DNA of 64,000 nucleotides from Anthoceros angustus. Its lineage: Eukaryota > Plantae > Anthocerotophyta. This document shows, one piece after another, positions 61,801-64,000 of this stretch. Made by a program: the position numbers and the translations under genes. The DNA is taken from contig MU008163.1 in the NCBI GenBank assembly GCA_010909165.1, forward strand, positions 124,001 to 188,000. The letters run 5' to 3'. Below the pieces are notes generated by a model, which saw only the letters and a list, made by a program, of their open reading frames with translations, was not told the origin of the DNA and ran no database searches. Positions within the stretch are counted from its first letter, which is position 1; each line of letters begins with the position of its first letter.

Positions 61801-62099
61801 TGTAGGATGCAGATGGAAGTGACGAGAGTGGAGTAGGAGGAGAGACTCTCGGGTGAGAGGAGAGTCTGGGACGCGAACGAGTCCTGAAACGTTTGGCAAT
61901 ACCAGGCCTGTACGGTAGTGTGTTTTATGAAGCATGAAGGAAGGTGAGCGGAAGGTAAGAAGTAGGCGGTTCGGACGGTGCTACGGCTGAGTTCGAGGTT
62001 GTAACCTTAGGGTGCTGATGATCCGAAGGGTAGCACGGACCTCGATCGAGTTCGTCGAAAGGGTAGGAAGGTACCTCGAGTTCCGCCTCTGGTCCTACA
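61801..62099. mobile_element. Possible solo-LTR (299 bp)
   Basis: The segment starts TGTAGGA and ends TCCTACA (7-bp terminal inverted repeat, TG..CA). No matching target-site duplication was seen. Confidence 0.3.
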
Positions 62100-63054
62100 C
62101 TTGTGTAGCTAGGCGATCGCCCTAGTATAGTCGGCCGCAGGCCCCGCAGTGCAGTGCCTCACTGCCCCTCTCGCTGAAGGAAATTCGCTGGCGGTATTTT
62201 GCAATGATAGTAGACAGACCCGTGGTCTACCACAAAGGCGAGCTGCCGTCACCCTCGTAACGCCGGCGGAAGGGTTTTTCTAAACACGGGGGCGGACAAG
62301 ATAAATTTGGAATTCGAAGAAGGCAAATAGTAAGCAAAACAGAATGGATCATTCCCTTGGGATCAAACCCCATACTACATGATATGAGATTAGTGCGCAC
62401 CCAGCTGGCTGTCAGCACCCGAGGAGCACCCAACCTGATTATTCTTGACCCCTGCAGTCTTGCAGAGGCCCTACGCCTTCCTCGAGCCCGGTCAGGTTGT
62501 GCCACCGGGGTGGGCTGACAACTGCTGTCACTATTAAATTTTCCTCGGGCTGAGCTATTTCCTCGACAACCCTAAAAAAATGTGGATGCTGCGTGACCGG
62601 ATCGGTATTCCATAATCGGGATTCCATACACTAGGCCAATTAAGGGCAGTGAACGACATTGCTTTTGGTACCCTGGCAAATTGCACCATGGCGTGTCTGA
62701 GCTACGTGCGACATTCTACATATACAGAATTTGGCCATTTGGAGCAGCAAGCATAGCATAGCATTCAATCACTTGAAGCAGTTGCAACTTGCAAGTTATG
62801 TGGTAGTCTCGACTTGTGTGGTGAGTCCCGAATTGGCAGCAAACCGGGAACCAGAGGGAGACACTTTGGCAGCTGGAGGGGCCGCCAAGTGGTTGTTCGT
62901 CCGAAGTCATGCAAGGGGCAACTAGCAGTGTGAGCAGTGAGCAGGATGTTTCGTCTGTGAGGCCATTGCAAAATCCTCCTGTGCTGATGCTTGGTGTTGT
63001 GTTGTGCGAAGCCGGCCGTGGAGTAAGCAACATCGAATTTGTTGCTTGTCACCG

Positions 63055-64000
63055 ATGGACCTGATCAACGCAGCGTTGGATTTGGTGGTGCCGCCGAGCG
63101 GCGTCCTTTTCCTGCTCTTCGCTTACCCTGTGATAGCCTTCTTCCAGTTCTGGAGCTATGTCTTCCGTTTCTTCTTCTACGAAAACGTGCAGGGCAAGGT
63201 GGTGCTCATTACCGGCGCATCGTCGGGGATCGGCGAGGTGAGCTTGGCACTGACTGAGTAGAAGCTCTTGTATCTCTTCAAGCTTGGGCACCAGATCCTG
63301 TAGGGCTTGAAACGGCTTCATGGGTGCAGCATATAGCGTATGAGTACGCCAAGAAAGGAGCAAGACTCGCGCTGGTGGCAAGGAGGAAAACATGCTGCGG
63401 GAGTGGGAGACAGGTGCAGGCAACTCAGGGCTGCACATGTGCACCCTATTGTGGCTGATGTCGCCAAAGAAGAGGATTGCCGCAAGTTTGTGGACGAGAC
63501 TATCAACCAGTTCGGACACTGTAGGTCACCTCTGCTCTGGATCTTGTCCGAATTGGCCCCTTGCAAGCTTGCATATGTTGGAGATGGCGCGCTCGCGCAA
63601 TCTTTCCATGTCCGATGGTGCATTCCTTGCATTTTTTGCAGCTGTCTTCTTGTTGCTCTCCCTCCGCCAATTTGGCCGCTGATGCCACAACACTGACAAC
63701 CTTCATGCCTCATGTGTTTCGGATCTCACCAGTGGATCATCTGGTGTGCAATGCCGGCCTTTCAAGCCTCTTCTTCTTCGAGGAGGCAAGGGATCCATCG
63801 GCACTGTATCCAGTTATGGTAGGCAACACATGTCAAGACTTAAGCTCCGCTCTGATCGCAACTTCCCAAGCTTTGATTCCTACGCTTTGGTTCCACCAGC
63901 TCTAATGTCATATGCATCTAATCCTGACCTGTGCCATCAGGATGTCACCTTCTGGGGATCGGTCTTCCCAACACACTACGCTCTCCCTCACCTCAGACGA
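63055..64000 (+). CDS. HSD: Second tandem steroleosin/HSD-like SDR paralog (runs off the window end)
   Basis: MDLINAALDLVVPPSGVLFLLFAYP..GKVVLITGASSGIGE|..VADVAKEEDCRKFVDETINQFG..|VDHLVCNAG..|DVTFWG, with the same intron positions as 59102-60668. Confidence 0.92.

Overview
Eukaryotic nuclear DNA from an early-diverging land plant, most likely a hornwort. This is an inference from the short GT-AG introns, compact gene spacing and a PLS-PPR gene ending in a DYW:KP domain with a GRP terminus. Identified protein-coding genes, in order: a Ty3/gypsy integrase remnant with a PHD finger; a possible secreted Cys-rich peptide; a GC-rich Gfo/Idh/MocA oxidoreductase of fungal type; an AT-rich GH13 alpha-amylase with long N- and C-terminal extensions; DUF789; a PPR N-terminus carrying an OSB-like PDF motif; a PLS-PPR-E1-E2-DYW:KP(GRP) editing factor; PLAA/UFD3; a DUF579 methyltransferase; an EamA transporter; a decayed MULE/SWIM transposase; an ABCA transporter; REV7; and two tandem steroleosin-type HSD/SDR genes. 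RNA genes are an intact tRNA-Asn(GTT) and a mitochondrial-type tRNA-Glu relic. Much of 3.8-7.6 kb, 16-35 kb and 45-52 kb is a patchwork of near-identical local copies joined at 8-12 bp microhomologies. The copies differ mainly by homopolymer indels, so many frameshifts and rearrangements may be long-read assembly artefacts rather than biology. All identifications come from motif recognition by eye; no database searches were run.
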